Below, piece by piece: positions 9,393 to 18,184 of a stretch of 64,000 nucleotides of DNA. The stretch is from Candidatus Shapirobacteria bacterium (lineage in GTDB: Bacteria; Patescibacteriota; Microgenomatia; UBA12405). The stretch covers positions 133,867-197,866 of the forward strand of contig JBAYIT010000002.1 in the NCBI GenBank assembly GCA_041665485.1, read 5' to 3'. A program made the position numbers and the translations under genes. Each line of letters begins with the position of its first letter. Position 1 is the stretch's first letter. A model generated the notes under the pieces. The model was not told the origin of the DNA. It saw nothing but the letters and a program-made list of their open reading frames with translations, and did no database searches.

Positions 9393-10095
9393 TTTCAATC
9401 TCTCTTTTGGCTTCATTTCCCGCCAAATCTCGAACTAAAATCAAAATCGGATTTTTCCCTGGACTCAATTGAAACTTAAGTTTGAAATTACCGCTGTCAT
9501 CAACCATAGCCAGCCGGCCATTAACTGTTACGTTTGCTCCCTTTTCTGCTTGGCCAACAATATCAAAGTCAGCATAATCCACCGTCAAAGTCGCCTCTGA
9601 GGGATTAGTCATTGTCAAAGTCGGTGGCATATCATCATAAATCACCGTGGTAGGTTTAGATGGTTCACTACTACCACTCTTTTCCGATGTCGCAATTGCC
9701 GTTAATAAGTTACTTCCTTTGTCAAGTGACACTTGCTCAAAAACAAACTCACCGGTCTCACTAGCATTAGTCTTGTCGTAAAGAACGTCGTCTTTCAATA
9801 GCTCTATCTCCAATCCAGGCTCAGAAACTCCACCTACATTGATCGTAGCACTATTGGTTGCTTCATAAGCGACAATCAACCGAGGTTGCGGTGGTGGAAT
9901 AACCTTCTCTTCCACTATTTTCTCTCTTCGACTTTTAACTTCACCCAACACGATCGAGAACTTAACCAAAAGTGGTAAGCCAAAGACCAAAACTGACACA
10001 AAAACCAGCAATGTCACCACTCCCAAGATAATTGTTTTCCTGGTAATTTGATCTTCTTCCTTCCTCTCTAATCTTGATCTTCTGAATTCCGCCAT
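9376..10095 (-). CDS. membrane-anchored protein with Ig-like (Big) beta domains
   Basis: N-terminal TM, then a T/S-rich beta-strand region, with no catalytic motif. Confidence 0.35.
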   Translation of the reverse strand: MAEFRRSRLERKEEDQITRKTIILGVVTLLVFVSVLVFGLPLLVKFSIVLGEVKSRREKIVEEKVIPPPQPRLIVAYEATNSATINVGGVSEPGLEIELLKDDVLYDKTNASETGEFVFEQVSLDKGSNLLTAIATSEKSGSSEPSKPTTVIYDDMPPTLTMTNPSEATLTVDYADFDIVGQAEKGANVTVNGRLAMVDDSGNFKLKFQLSPGKNPILILVRDLAGNEAKREIEITYDI

Positions 10096-10117
10096 ATTTA
10101 TATATATTTTAACAAAG

Positions 10118-10963
10118 CTAGAAAAGGTTTGTTGGCATTTTAATACGACTTATCTTTCCCACAAAAATCGACTTTCCCCTCTTCTTAGTAAGTACATAAC
10201 GTCTAAAGGATAGACCACTTTCCTTCGGAAAATATTTTTTTCCTGTTTCCACATCAAATTTAACGTAGTTAAATCCGCATCTTCCGAAAAGATCCTCATA
10301 ATATTTTACTGACCAACATTTTCTTTCCGTCCCTTGGATCAATTCTATACTCCCATCCTCCCTTGTTTTAAATGAAGTAAAAGAACCAGGTATCCCAACC
10401 GCCTTTAGTGGTACCAGTTCCTGGTCTTCACCATACTTAATCCCATCATATTTTTTATCGACAGCCACCGTAAAAAGAGAAAAAGACGATTCATTGTGTT
10501 TAAGAACACGGCCAATCTCCGTAAGTGTCCTTTCGTTGTCCTTATTTGTCTGATTAAAATTGACAGCACAATCGTTGATTACTACATCAATAGAATTACT
10601 CCCCAATGGGATCGCGTTCATATCCCCTTGTAAAATTTTTACGTTCGAATATCTACCATCTTCGCAATGGTCTTTGTGAGATTTTATAGAAACTGGCGAC
10701 ACATCTATTAAAACAATGGAATCTTTCGGATTCTTCCTCTTTTGTAACCATGTCTTTACCACATCGATATTTCTAGGAAAAGTCGATCCTTCAATTAAAA
10801 CTCTCACAGGTAAAGGCTGTTTCAATATTTCTTGAATATTAGACACCAAACTAGACTTAAGAACAGCATCAAAAAGGTGTGCCAAGGTAATTAATTTTTC
10901 TTTCGGATCCTCAAATAATGACCGATATTGTGAATCCGAATTAAGTAAAATGTTTCCGTTCAT
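10118..10963 (-). CDS. class I SAM-dependent methyltransferase-like protein
   Basis: Rossmann-like motifs VLIDVSP, GDMNAIPLGSNSIDVVI and LTEIGRVLK. Confidence 0.4.
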   Translation of the reverse strand: MNGNILLNSDSQYRSLFEDPKEKLITLAHLFDAVLKSSLVSNIQEILKQPLPVRVLIEGSTFPRNIDVVKTWLQKRKNPKDSIVLIDVSPVSIKSHKDHCEDGRYSNVKILQGDMNAIPLGSNSIDVVINDCAVNFNQTNKDNERTLTEIGRVLKHNESSFSLFTVAVDKKYDGIKYGEDQELVPLKAVGIPGSFTSFKTREDGSIELIQGTERKCWSVKYYEDLFGRCGFNYVKFDVETGKKYFPKESGLSFRRYVLTKKRGKSIFVGKISRIKMPTNLF

Positions 10964-10998
10964 ATACCAATCGTAATTTTATATACTTTTCACCCAAG

Positions 10999-11071
10999 AG
11001 CCGGTGGGGAGAGTCGGACTCCCGACCTTAGCTTTACGAAAGCTCTGCTCTACCAGCTGAGCTACACCGGC
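10999..11071 (-). tRNA. tRNA-Thr (anticodon CGT)
   Basis: The reverse-complement folds as gccggtg-ta-gctc..gagc, anticodon loop ttCGTaa, T-arm gggag-tccgact-ctccc, acceptor caccggc. Confidence 0.75.
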
Positions 11072-11107
11072 CAAACACCATTCCGTAGCCCTAAAGGGGC
11101 GTAGGAT

Positions 11108-11181
11108 GGGAGCGGCTAGAGGGAATCGGACCCTCGACTAATCCTTGGGAAGGACTCGTTTTACCACTAAACCATAGCCGC
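11108..11181 (-). tRNA. tRNA-Gly (anticodon CCC), CCA encoded
   Basis: The reverse-complement folds as gcggcta..., anticodon loop ttCCCaa, T-arm gaggg-tccgatt-ccctc, acceptor tagccgc-t-cca. Confidence 0.75.
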
Positions 11182-11188
11182 AACCAGT

Positions 11189-11716
11189 CTATTTTACCAT
11201 CCTCAACACCGTCCCCACCCTTATCATATTCGGGTTAGGAATTACCACTCGGTTCAAATTCCAAATCTCCGTCCACTTAAAGCCATCACCATACTGGGTT
11301 ACCGCTATTTTCCACAAACTATCACCATTTTTGACTTGATAATCTACCATCTCTTCAGCCGGTGCACTTATTTTTAACACCTGGCCTACCGCTAACAAAC
11401 TAGGGTTTTTTAGCCCATTAATTTGGGCAATTTCCGTCCACTTATAACCATCTCCCAGTTGAGCCACCGCAATTTTCCACAGACTATCACCCTTTTTAAC
11501 CATATATTCTCCGGCTGTTAACTTGACTTCTTTTTTCTCTTCTACCTTTTCCTCCAATGACCCTTCTCCCACCAAAGCCAACTCACTTGTCGTTCCCGGC
11601 ACCGACACACTTCCCCTTTGTTTTTGAAAATAATTAACCACTACCACGGCTACTGCTACCACCACTAACAATCCCAAAAACATACTTATGACATCTTCAT
11701 TATTTTTTATATTCAT
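11189..11716 (-). CDS. membrane-anchored protein with two LysM peptidoglycan-binding domains
   Basis: N-terminal TM plus two repeats, YMVKKGDSLWKIAVAQLGDGYKWTEIAQ and YQVKNGDSLWKIAVTQYGDGFKWTEI, both LysM. Confidence 0.8.
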   Translation of the reverse strand: MNIKNNEDVISMFLGLLVVVAVAVVVVNYFQKQRGSVSVPGTTSELALVGEGSLEEKVEEKKEVKLTAGEYMVKKGDSLWKIAVAQLGDGYKWTEIAQINGLKNPSLLAVGQVLKISAPAEEMVDYQVKNGDSLWKIAVTQYGDGFKWTEIWNLNRVVIPNPNMIRVGTVLRMVK

Positions 11717-11759
11717 ACCACCACCTTACAGTATTGAGGGCCTATAGTCAAAGACAATA

Positions 11760-12077
11760 TTACATTTTTCTCCGTAGAATTATCTCATCACTCAAATACG
11801 GCGCCGTCTCTGATCCAAACCTATTTATCTCTTTTATAAAACTATTCCAAACTTCAGCATTTATCTTATATATTCTATTTTTCCTTTTTATTTCCACTAT
11901 CACTAAATCAGCCTTCTTCATTTTTGCCAAATGGGCTGACACGGTTGCCTGGCCAATTACCATCTTCTCAACTATTTCTCCCACCTCCCTTGGCCTCTCT
12001 TTTAATAAGGTCAAAATCAGCCGTCGGCTTCTATCAGCCAATATTTTAAATATTTTATCCATATCGTTAACTATCAA
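11760..12077 (-). CDS. ArsR/SmtB family transcriptional regulator
   Basis: ILADRSRRLILTLL...EVGEIVEKMVIGQATVSAHLAKM, a winged helix typical of ArsR. Confidence 0.7.
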   Translation of the reverse strand: MIVNDMDKIFKILADRSRRLILTLLKERPREVGEIVEKMVIGQATVSAHLAKMKKADLVIVEIKRKNRIYKINAEVWNSFIKEINRFGSETAPYLSDEIILRRKM

Positions 12078-12097
12078 TATGTTATCATAAATCCAAT

Positions 12098-12709
12098 ATG
12101 AATAACTACGACAACAAACAAGAGAAAACTCTAGTCATTATCAAGCCCGACGGCGTCCAGCGAGGTTTAATCGGTGAAGTTATTAAACGCTACGAACAAT
12201 GTGGCCTCAAGCTTGTCGCCCTCAAGATGATTATCCCCAGTCGCGACTTAGCCCTCAAGCACTATTCTGTTGATCCAGATTGGGCCTTTAAAACCGGTAC
12301 CAAATCAATTGAAGCCTGGAAGGCTAAAGGTCTAACACCTCCCACAAACGATCCTGTTGAACTGGCTGAGGCCGTTAGAAAAACTCTTCTTGATTTTATG
12401 AGTAGCGGGCCGGTTGTCCCGATGGTCTGGCAAGGGATGAATGCTGTTGGTATTGTTCGCAAAATCACCGGCTCCACTGAACCCCTATCTTCAGTTCCTG
12501 GAACTATCCGCGGCGACTACACCATTGATTCCTACAGTGCTGCCGACGGCGACAAAAGATCAGTCCGCAATATTATTCACGCTTCCGGCACTGTCGATGA
12601 AGCCAACAACGAAATTCCTCTCTGGTTTAAGCCAGAAGAAATTCTCAATTATCGACTAATTGCCGAGGAAATTATCTACGACGCCAATCTCGACGGCATC
12701 CTCGAATAA
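12098..12709 (+). CDS. ndk: nucleoside diphosphate kinase (long form)
   Basis: TLVIIKPDGVQRGLIGEVI and NIIHASGTVDEA, the NDK active-site region with an internal insertion. Confidence 0.8.
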   Translation: MNNYDNKQEKTLVIIKPDGVQRGLIGEVIKRYEQCGLKLVALKMIIPSRDLALKHYSVDPDWAFKTGTKSIEAWKAKGLTPPTNDPVELAEAVRKTLLDFMSSGPVVPMVWQGMNAVGIVRKITGSTEPLSSVPGTIRGDYTIDSYSAADGDKRSVRNIIHASGTVDEANNEIPLWFKPEEILNYRLIAEEIIYDANLDGILE

Positions 12710-12760
12710 AATTAGAGTATTGACACTTCGCGTTTTCTTCGGGTATCATCTTGATACCCA

Positions 12761-13837
12761 ATGGACCTCTACCAAAAAATTTCCATTCTTGGCCCCGGCG
12801 CCCAATACGACACTTGTGGCCCCCGCGATTTTGGCCAAACCACCAATATTCCCGGTGTTTACCACGCTAAAGTTGGTTCGGCCACCTGCCGGCTCTTCAA
12901 AGTTCTTCAAAGTAACTTTTGCCAAAACAATTGCTTTTATTGCGCCTTCCGCCGTGACCGAAACTGCGCTAGGACAGAAGCTTCCGCAGACGAAATGGCC
13001 ACCGCTTTTTCCTCCGCCCACCAGCGCCGTCTCGTCGACGGTCTCTTTTTATCCTCCGGCATCATTGCCAATCCTGAAACCACCATGACCAAAATGCTTG
13101 ATACCCTCACCCTCCTTCGCCAAAAATATCGCTACCATGGTTATGTCCACCTCAAAATTATGCCGGGGAGCTCGGGTAATACTATTCGAGAAGCCGCTAA
13201 ACTTTCCAACCGCCTCTCCCTCAATATGGAATCTCCTACCGAAACCGGCCTGGCCAATCTTTCCCCGGAAAAAAATCTCAAAAATGGTTTTTTTCAAACC
13301 CTTTTTGAAATCAAGAAACAAATTCGCCAACTTCAATTTTATGGCCTCAAAACTCCCAGTATTACTACCCAATTTGTTGTTGGCGCCAATACCGATTCCG
13401 ACCTTGATCTGATTAAAACTACCAATCTTCTCTACTCTTCTTTTGGCCTTAAACGCGTCTTTTTCTCGGCTTTCCGCCCCATCCCCAACACCCCATTAGA
13501 AAATCTTCCCGCCTCTTCGCTCACCCGCCAGCACCGCCTTTATCAATCCGATTTCCTCATGCGTTTTTATCGCTTTTCTCCCCAAGATCTACAACTCGAC
13601 CAAAACGGTAACCTTTTCGAATCTGCCGATCCCAAAACCCTCTGGGCCAACCTCCACCCCGCCACCTTCCCCATAAATTTAAATTTTGCCGACTATTACC
13701 AACTTCTGAAAATCCCCGGCCTTGGCCCTGTCACCGCCACCAAAATCATCAAAAATCGCCGTTTCTCTCCCATTACTTCCTCCAACCTCTCGTCTCTCCA
13801 CCTCCCTAAGAAATCCCTTCCTTTTTGTCGTCTTTAG
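12761..13837 (+). CDS. putative DNA modification/repair radical SAM protein with C-terminal helix-hairpin-helix
   Basis: A Cys cluster CQNNCFYC and a C-terminal HhH LLKIPGLGPVTATKII. It resembles the TIGR03916-type family. Confidence 0.6.
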   Translation: MDLYQKISILGPGAQYDTCGPRDFGQTTNIPGVYHAKVGSATCRLFKVLQSNFCQNNCFYCAFRRDRNCARTEASADEMATAFSSAHQRRLVDGLFLSSGIIANPETTMTKMLDTLTLLRQKYRYHGYVHLKIMPGSSGNTIREAAKLSNRLSLNMESPTETGLANLSPEKNLKNGFFQTLFEIKKQIRQLQFYGLKTPSITTQFVVGANTDSDLDLIKTTNLLYSSFGLKRVFFSAFRPIPNTPLENLPASSLTRQHRLYQSDFLMRFYRFSPQDLQLDQNGNLFESADPKTLWANLHPATFPINLNFADYYQLLKIPGLGPVTATKIIKNRRFSPITSSNLSSLHLPKKSLPFCRL

Positions 13838-13937
13838 TCTTGGCCACAAACGGTTTCCCGTTCTTTAAGAACAAATAAATTACAAATCCTGCCAAAAATA
13901 TCGCTCCAAATATTAATATCATAATTTATTATAACTC

Positions 13938-14546
13938 TTAATTTTCCGTCACGATTTTAATTCTTCCCGAGTTATACACCGTCGTATCGCTCGTCAAACT
14001 TTTTGCCTGAACTCGACACAAATGATTCCCCATTCTTAGGGTCATTTTTCCCGATGTTACCACCGCAAAATTTTGGCTCTTTGTCGTCACCTCACTGCCC
14101 CACACCTCCACCCCTGCCGTTACGTCAAACAATCTCACAAACGCCTCTCCGTTACCATTAAACAATTTCATGTTTACTTCTAAATATGCCTCTTTTAAGC
14201 CCGGGTAGTCTACCGGATCTAAATTAAATTCGGTTCCCGTCAAATCCGTCCACTTAGTTTCGCCAGTACTCCCACTTCCCGGAATCGGCACAATTGTCGT
14301 ACTCTTATTTTTCTTGGACACGACCACCACTTTCGTCGGTTCAATCGTAGGGGAGGGGACTAAAGCCGTTGGTTGAGGCGTTGGATAAACATACTTAGTT
14401 TCCACCACCGTTTTCGTCTCCACCACATTAGGTTTTACCCAAAGTTTGGCAATTAACACATCCACAGTAATCACATTAATCACCACTAAACCCAAAATTA
14501 CCATCGTCCAATTTCTCATCTCTAATTCTATTATGTCACAAATCAA
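13938..14546 (-). CDS. hypothetical membrane-anchored protein
   Basis: N-terminal TM, P/T-rich linker, beta-rich C-terminus. Confidence 0.35.
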   Translation of the reverse strand: MICDIIELEMRNWTMVILGLVVINVITVDVLIAKLWVKPNVVETKTVVETKYVYPTPQPTALVPSPTIEPTKVVVVSKKNKSTTIVPIPGSGSTGETKWTDLTGTEFNLDPVDYPGLKEAYLEVNMKLFNGNGEAFVRLFDVTAGVEVWGSEVTTKSQNFAVVTSGKMTLRMGNHLCRVQAKSLTSDTTVYNSGRIKIVTEN

Positions 14547-14605
14547 CTAGTATTAAAGTTCAAATTATTTGACATAAACTAGTACTCTAATGTATACTCG
14601 ACCCC

Positions 14606-15475
14606 ATGGAAAACCAAATTGGCAAAATAATCAAAGAACTACGAACTAAGGCAAATATAACTCAAAAGGAGCTAGCGAAAAGCTTAGGTTGTACTGAAAT
14701 AATGATTAGCCGTTACGAACTCGGTGTCAGCCAAACCTCAATCCAACAACTAGAAAAAATCGCCAAATTCGTCGGTGTTCCTGTTTCAGCCTTTTTTAAT
14801 GGTAGTACTAAAAGTACTAATAACACTCGATCTTTTAAAAACGCCTTTGTTTTTGATCTTGACGACACCTTAGTTGACGGCCGTCAATTCTGTGGAGAAA
14901 CCATCGCCAGGGTAATCACCAATATTAATCCATCGATTAATTTCGACACCGTTGTTCAAATCCATGAATCAATTAGAGGAATGACTATTGAAGACTTATA
15001 TCTTTACGTAATAAAAAAACTAAATTTAAAAGCCAATGTTACCGAATTATTGAAACACGACCACTCTATTCAAAAAGAAAATATAGATAAAATGAAACTT
15101 TTTGACGGAGTAGTTGACATCCTAGAATTTCTTAAAAGTAATCATAAGAGGCTTTATGTTTGTACCAATAGGTCAAAAGATTTGATGACTGAAGTCTTCA
15201 ATGCCAATCAAATTCTGCCATATTTTGACGAAGTTATTTCTTGTGTCGATACAGGTTACAAAAAACCCAACCCCTATTGTCTAATTGATCTGATTAAAAG
15301 ATCTGGTATTCCTGCCAACGAATTTATATATTTTGGTGATTCGGAAGTTGATTCTCAGTTTGCCCAAAACGCCAATATTGATCACATTATTTTTGATCAA
15401 TATCTCAACAACAAAAATCTTTTTAAAAAGTTGGTAAATATGTTTTTGGAAAGCCAAATCAACGGAGAGAAATAA
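14606..15475 (+). CDS. XRE-family HTH domain fused to HAD-superfamily phosphatase
   Basis: N-terminal HTH ITQKELAKSLGCTEIMISRYELG. HAD motif I FVFDLDDTLVD, motif III GYKKPNP, motif IV GDSEVD. Confidence 0.65.
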   Translation: MENQIGKIIKELRTKANITQKELAKSLGCTEIMISRYELGVSQTSIQQLEKIAKFVGVPVSAFFNGSTKSTNNTRSFKNAFVFDLDDTLVDGRQFCGETIARVITNINPSINFDTVVQIHESIRGMTIEDLYLYVIKKLNLKANVTELLKHDHSIQKENIDKMKLFDGVVDILEFLKSNHKRLYVCTNRSKDLMTEVFNANQILPYFDEVISCVDTGYKKPNPYCLIDLIKRSGIPANEFIYFGDSEVDSQFAQNANIDHIIFDQYLNNKNLFKKLVNMFLESQINGEK

Positions 15476-15487
15476 AAACCTACCAAT

Positions 15488-15564
15488 TGGCGGGTCCAAT
15501 GGGATTCGAACCCACGATCTTCCGCGTGACAGGCGGATGTGCTAGACCGCTGCACCATGGACCC
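15488..15564 (-). tRNA. tRNA-Asp (anticodon GTC), CCA encoded
   Basis: The reverse-complement folds as gggtcca..., anticodon stem tccgc/gcgga with loop ctGTCac, T-arm gtggg-ttcgaat-cccat, acceptor tggaccc-g-cca. Confidence 0.8.
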
Positions 15565-15601
15565 AAGCGTCTGCCCCAGTAATATAGCATATAATTATTC
15601 T

Positions 15602-16621
15602 GTGAGCCACGATCAATACTCTAATCAACAAGTCGCCACTTATCTTCAAAACATCGCCACTGTTTACACTATTTTGCAAAAAGGCCACTTTCGCATCGTG
15701 GCCTACGAAAATGCCACCGACACCATTCTAAATTATCCCGAGAACCTCTATACCCTCTGGCTTAAGGATCCAAAACAACTCGATGCCGTTCCCAATATCG
15801 GCCCCTCTATTCTCAAAAAAATCGACTATTTTTTCAAATACGGCAAACTTTACCCATCTCTAAAGCCACTTTTCAAAAAAATCCACCCCGCCGTTTTTGC
15901 TTTTACCCCCATCAATGGTGTCGGCCCACTCATTGCTCAAAAGTTGGCACAACACCTTCGTTTTAGTCACACGCCTAGCTTAGCCCTCGATCAACTCATT
16001 AAATACGCTCAAACCGGCAAAATAAGAAAAATTCCCGGCCTTAGTGAAAAATCAGAAAAACTAATTCTTGACAACACCCTCTCTTTTTTGGGCCGGCAAA
16101 ATCGCATGCCCTACAAAACTGCCCTAAAATTAGCCAACCAAATTATTGCTTATCTTCACCAAAAATTTCCCAAAATTGAATTTATGCCACTTGGCAGCCT
16201 CCGCCGTCAATCAGACACTGTTGGCGACATTGATCTAGCCACCGCCACCGATAACCCCAAACCCATCATTGATTATTTCCTTGCTTATCCCAAATCAGTC
16301 GAAACCATCACCTCCGGCAAAAATAAAGCCAGCCTCCGCCTTCTTCACGATGTCCATGTTGATTTAATGATCAAACCGCCATCCTCATTTGGATCCCTCC
16401 TCCAGCACTTTACCGGTAACAAACTTCATAATATTTTATTACGCAAACACGCCCTAAAACTAGGATTTAGCCTCTCCGAATACGGTATAAAAAACTTAAA
16501 AACAGGCAAAATTAAACGGTTTTCTACCGAAGTTAATTTTTACAATTTTCTCGGCCTCAAATTTATACCTCCCCAATATCGCCTCGGTAAATCGGAAATT
16601 GAAGACTATAAACTGCTATAA
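15602..16621 (+). CDS. DNA polymerase family X (pol beta-like nucleotidyltransferase), no PHP domain
   Basis: GSLRRQSDTVGDIDL nucleotidyltransferase motif and HhH motifs. The annotated ATG at 15539 overlaps tRNA-Asp, so an in-frame GTG at 15602 is proposed instead. The start is uncertain. Confidence 0.6.
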   Translation: MSHDQYSNQQVATYLQNIATVYTILQKGHFRIVAYENATDTILNYPENLYTLWLKDPKQLDAVPNIGPSILKKIDYFFKYGKLYPSLKPLFKKIHPAVFAFTPINGVGPLIAQKLAQHLRFSHTPSLALDQLIKYAQTGKIRKIPGLSEKSEKLILDNTLSFLGRQNRMPYKTALKLANQIIAYLHQKFPKIEFMPLGSLRRQSDTVGDIDLATATDNPKPIIDYFLAYPKSVETITSGKNKASLRLLHDVHVDLMIKPPSSFGSLLQHFTGNKLHNILLRKHALKLGFSLSEYGIKNLKTGKIKRFSTEVNFYNFLGLKFIPPQYRLGKSEIEDYKLL

Positions 16622-16628
16622 TTAACCC

Positions 16629-17207
16629 ATGATGATCATACCAGCCATAATCCTAGTTGTTGTTATTTATCTTGTCGGTTTTTACAACAGCCTCAAAACT
16701 TCTCAAGTCCGAATTGAGGCCGCAATCCAAGAAATCGGCAACCAGCTTAAACGCCAAGCTGGCCTCATCCCCAACCTTCTCGAATCAGTTAAAGGTTATC
16801 TTAAGCACGAAAAAAGTATTTTTGAAGAACTAACCAGCGCTCGCAAACTAATTGACCAAGCCGTCAAAACCAACGACCCCAAAAGCCTCGATAAAGCTCA
16901 AGACTCCGTTTCCCAAATCCTTAAGTCTCTCAATGTCATTGTTGAATCCAACCCCGAAATCAAAGCCTCCGGCTTAGTTGAAAATCTCATGAATGAACTC
17001 CGCGATACCGCCGATAAACTCATGTACTCCCGCCGGACCCTTATTGATCTCTCTGCCGATTTCAACATCAAAATCTCCACTGTTCCCGGAATTTGGTTGG
17101 CTCCATCTTTTGGCTTCAAAGCCCAAGGTGGCCTTAAAACTCCCAACACTGCCGAGATTACCACTGTCACCGAAGCTGAAACCAAAAGTCCCGAGGTTAA
17201 ATTTTAA
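16629..17207 (+). CDS. LemA family protein
   Basis: N-terminal TM and the LemA motif YNSLKTSQVRIEAAIQEIGNQLKRQAGLIPNL. Confidence 0.85.
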   Translation: MMIIPAIILVVVIYLVGFYNSLKTSQVRIEAAIQEIGNQLKRQAGLIPNLLESVKGYLKHEKSIFEELTSARKLIDQAVKTNDPKSLDKAQDSVSQILKSLNVIVESNPEIKASGLVENLMNELRDTADKLMYSRRTLIDLSADFNIKISTVPGIWLAPSFGFKAQGGLKTPNTAEITTVTEAETKSPEVKF

Positions 17208-17216
17208 TTATTCTCT

Positions 17217-18101
17217 ATGGTTAATGTCTACGAACAAATTGCCAGTAACAAACGTCGCTCAATAATAATTCTCACTGGCTTTGTCGGCTTTATTGCCATC
17301 TGTGGCTACATTATAGGTAACTACACTTCCTCGCCAGATATTCTCCCCCTGGCCCTGATCCTGTCCCTTTTTACTTCACTTGGTGGTTATTTTGCTGGCG
17401 ACAAAATAGTTCTAAGCCTAAACGGCGCTAAACCGGCCTTACGCCAAGACCACTTTGACTTCTACACCGTTACCGAAAATCTAAGTATCGCCACTCAAAT
17501 TCCAACTCCAAAAATCTACGTCATTAAATCTAATGCTCCCAATGCTTTCGCCACTGGCCGTGATCCTGTTCACGCTTACATCTGTGCCACTACCGGCCTT
17601 CTTGACAAACTAAATCGAACCGAACTTGAAGGTGTTATTGCCCATGAACTCTCCCATATCAAAAACTACGATATTCGTCTCATGACTCTAGTTTCTGTTC
17701 TTATTGGTTCTCTATCGATACTTATCAATATGAGCTACAACCGCTCTTTTTTTGGAAAGAGTGATAATAACGATAACCATCAATCTAACTCTGTTCTCGC
17801 TATCATCGGATTCCTCCTAATTATTTTTGCTCCTATTATTGCTCAATTAATTCAACTAGCCATCTCCCGCCAGCGCGAATTCTTAGCCGATGCCGGAGCC
17901 GTCATGGTTACCCGCCAACCGAGTGGTCTCATTGAGGCACTAAAAAAAATCAGCGCCGATTCGTCTCGTCTTACCCAAGCTTCAACCGCCACCGCTACAC
18001 TCTATATCAACAATCCTTTTAAAGGCAACAAGCTTGGTTCGCTTTTTTCTACTCATCCTCCCATCGCCGAACGTATCGCCGCCCTAGAAAAGATGATGTA
18101 A
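17217..18101 (+). CDS. htpX: M48 family zinc metalloprotease HtpX-like
   Basis: HELSHIKN (HExxH), TM segments, and the common LemA-HtpX gene pair. Confidence 0.8.
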   Translation: MVNVYEQIASNKRRSIIILTGFVGFIAICGYIIGNYTSSPDILPLALILSLFTSLGGYFAGDKIVLSLNGAKPALRQDHFDFYTVTENLSIATQIPTPKIYVIKSNAPNAFATGRDPVHAYICATTGLLDKLNRTELEGVIAHELSHIKNYDIRLMTLVSVLIGSLSILINMSYNRSFFGKSDNNDNHQSNSVLAIIGFLLIIFAPIIAQLIQLAISRQREFLADAGAVMVTRQPSGLIEALKKISADSSRLTQASTATATLYINNPFKGNKLGSLFSTHPPIAERIAALEKMM

Positions 18102-18184
18102 TTACCGCATTTTGTTAGTACTTTTCTGATTTGATTTAGTTTGCCGATATTGATAACTCGTAACTAATAACTGATAATTGTCCA

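Noticed and set aside
11734-12090. 118-aa plus-strand ORF
   Set aside because: It is antisense to and fully overlaps the ArsR-family regulator, which has a clear HTH motif. Its low-complexity hydrophobic translation is typical of a shadow ORF.
12262-13412. Several overlapping ORFs in both strands (12262-12477, 12441-12659, 12660-13088, 12746-13021, 13049-13372, 13098-13412)
   Set aside because: All overlap the ndk and radical-SAM genes, which have strong motifs. Their translations are P/S/T-rich frame artefacts.
15539-15601. Annotated ATG start of the Pol X ORF
   Set aside because: It overlaps tRNA-Asp on the opposite strand, so a downstream start is more plausible.
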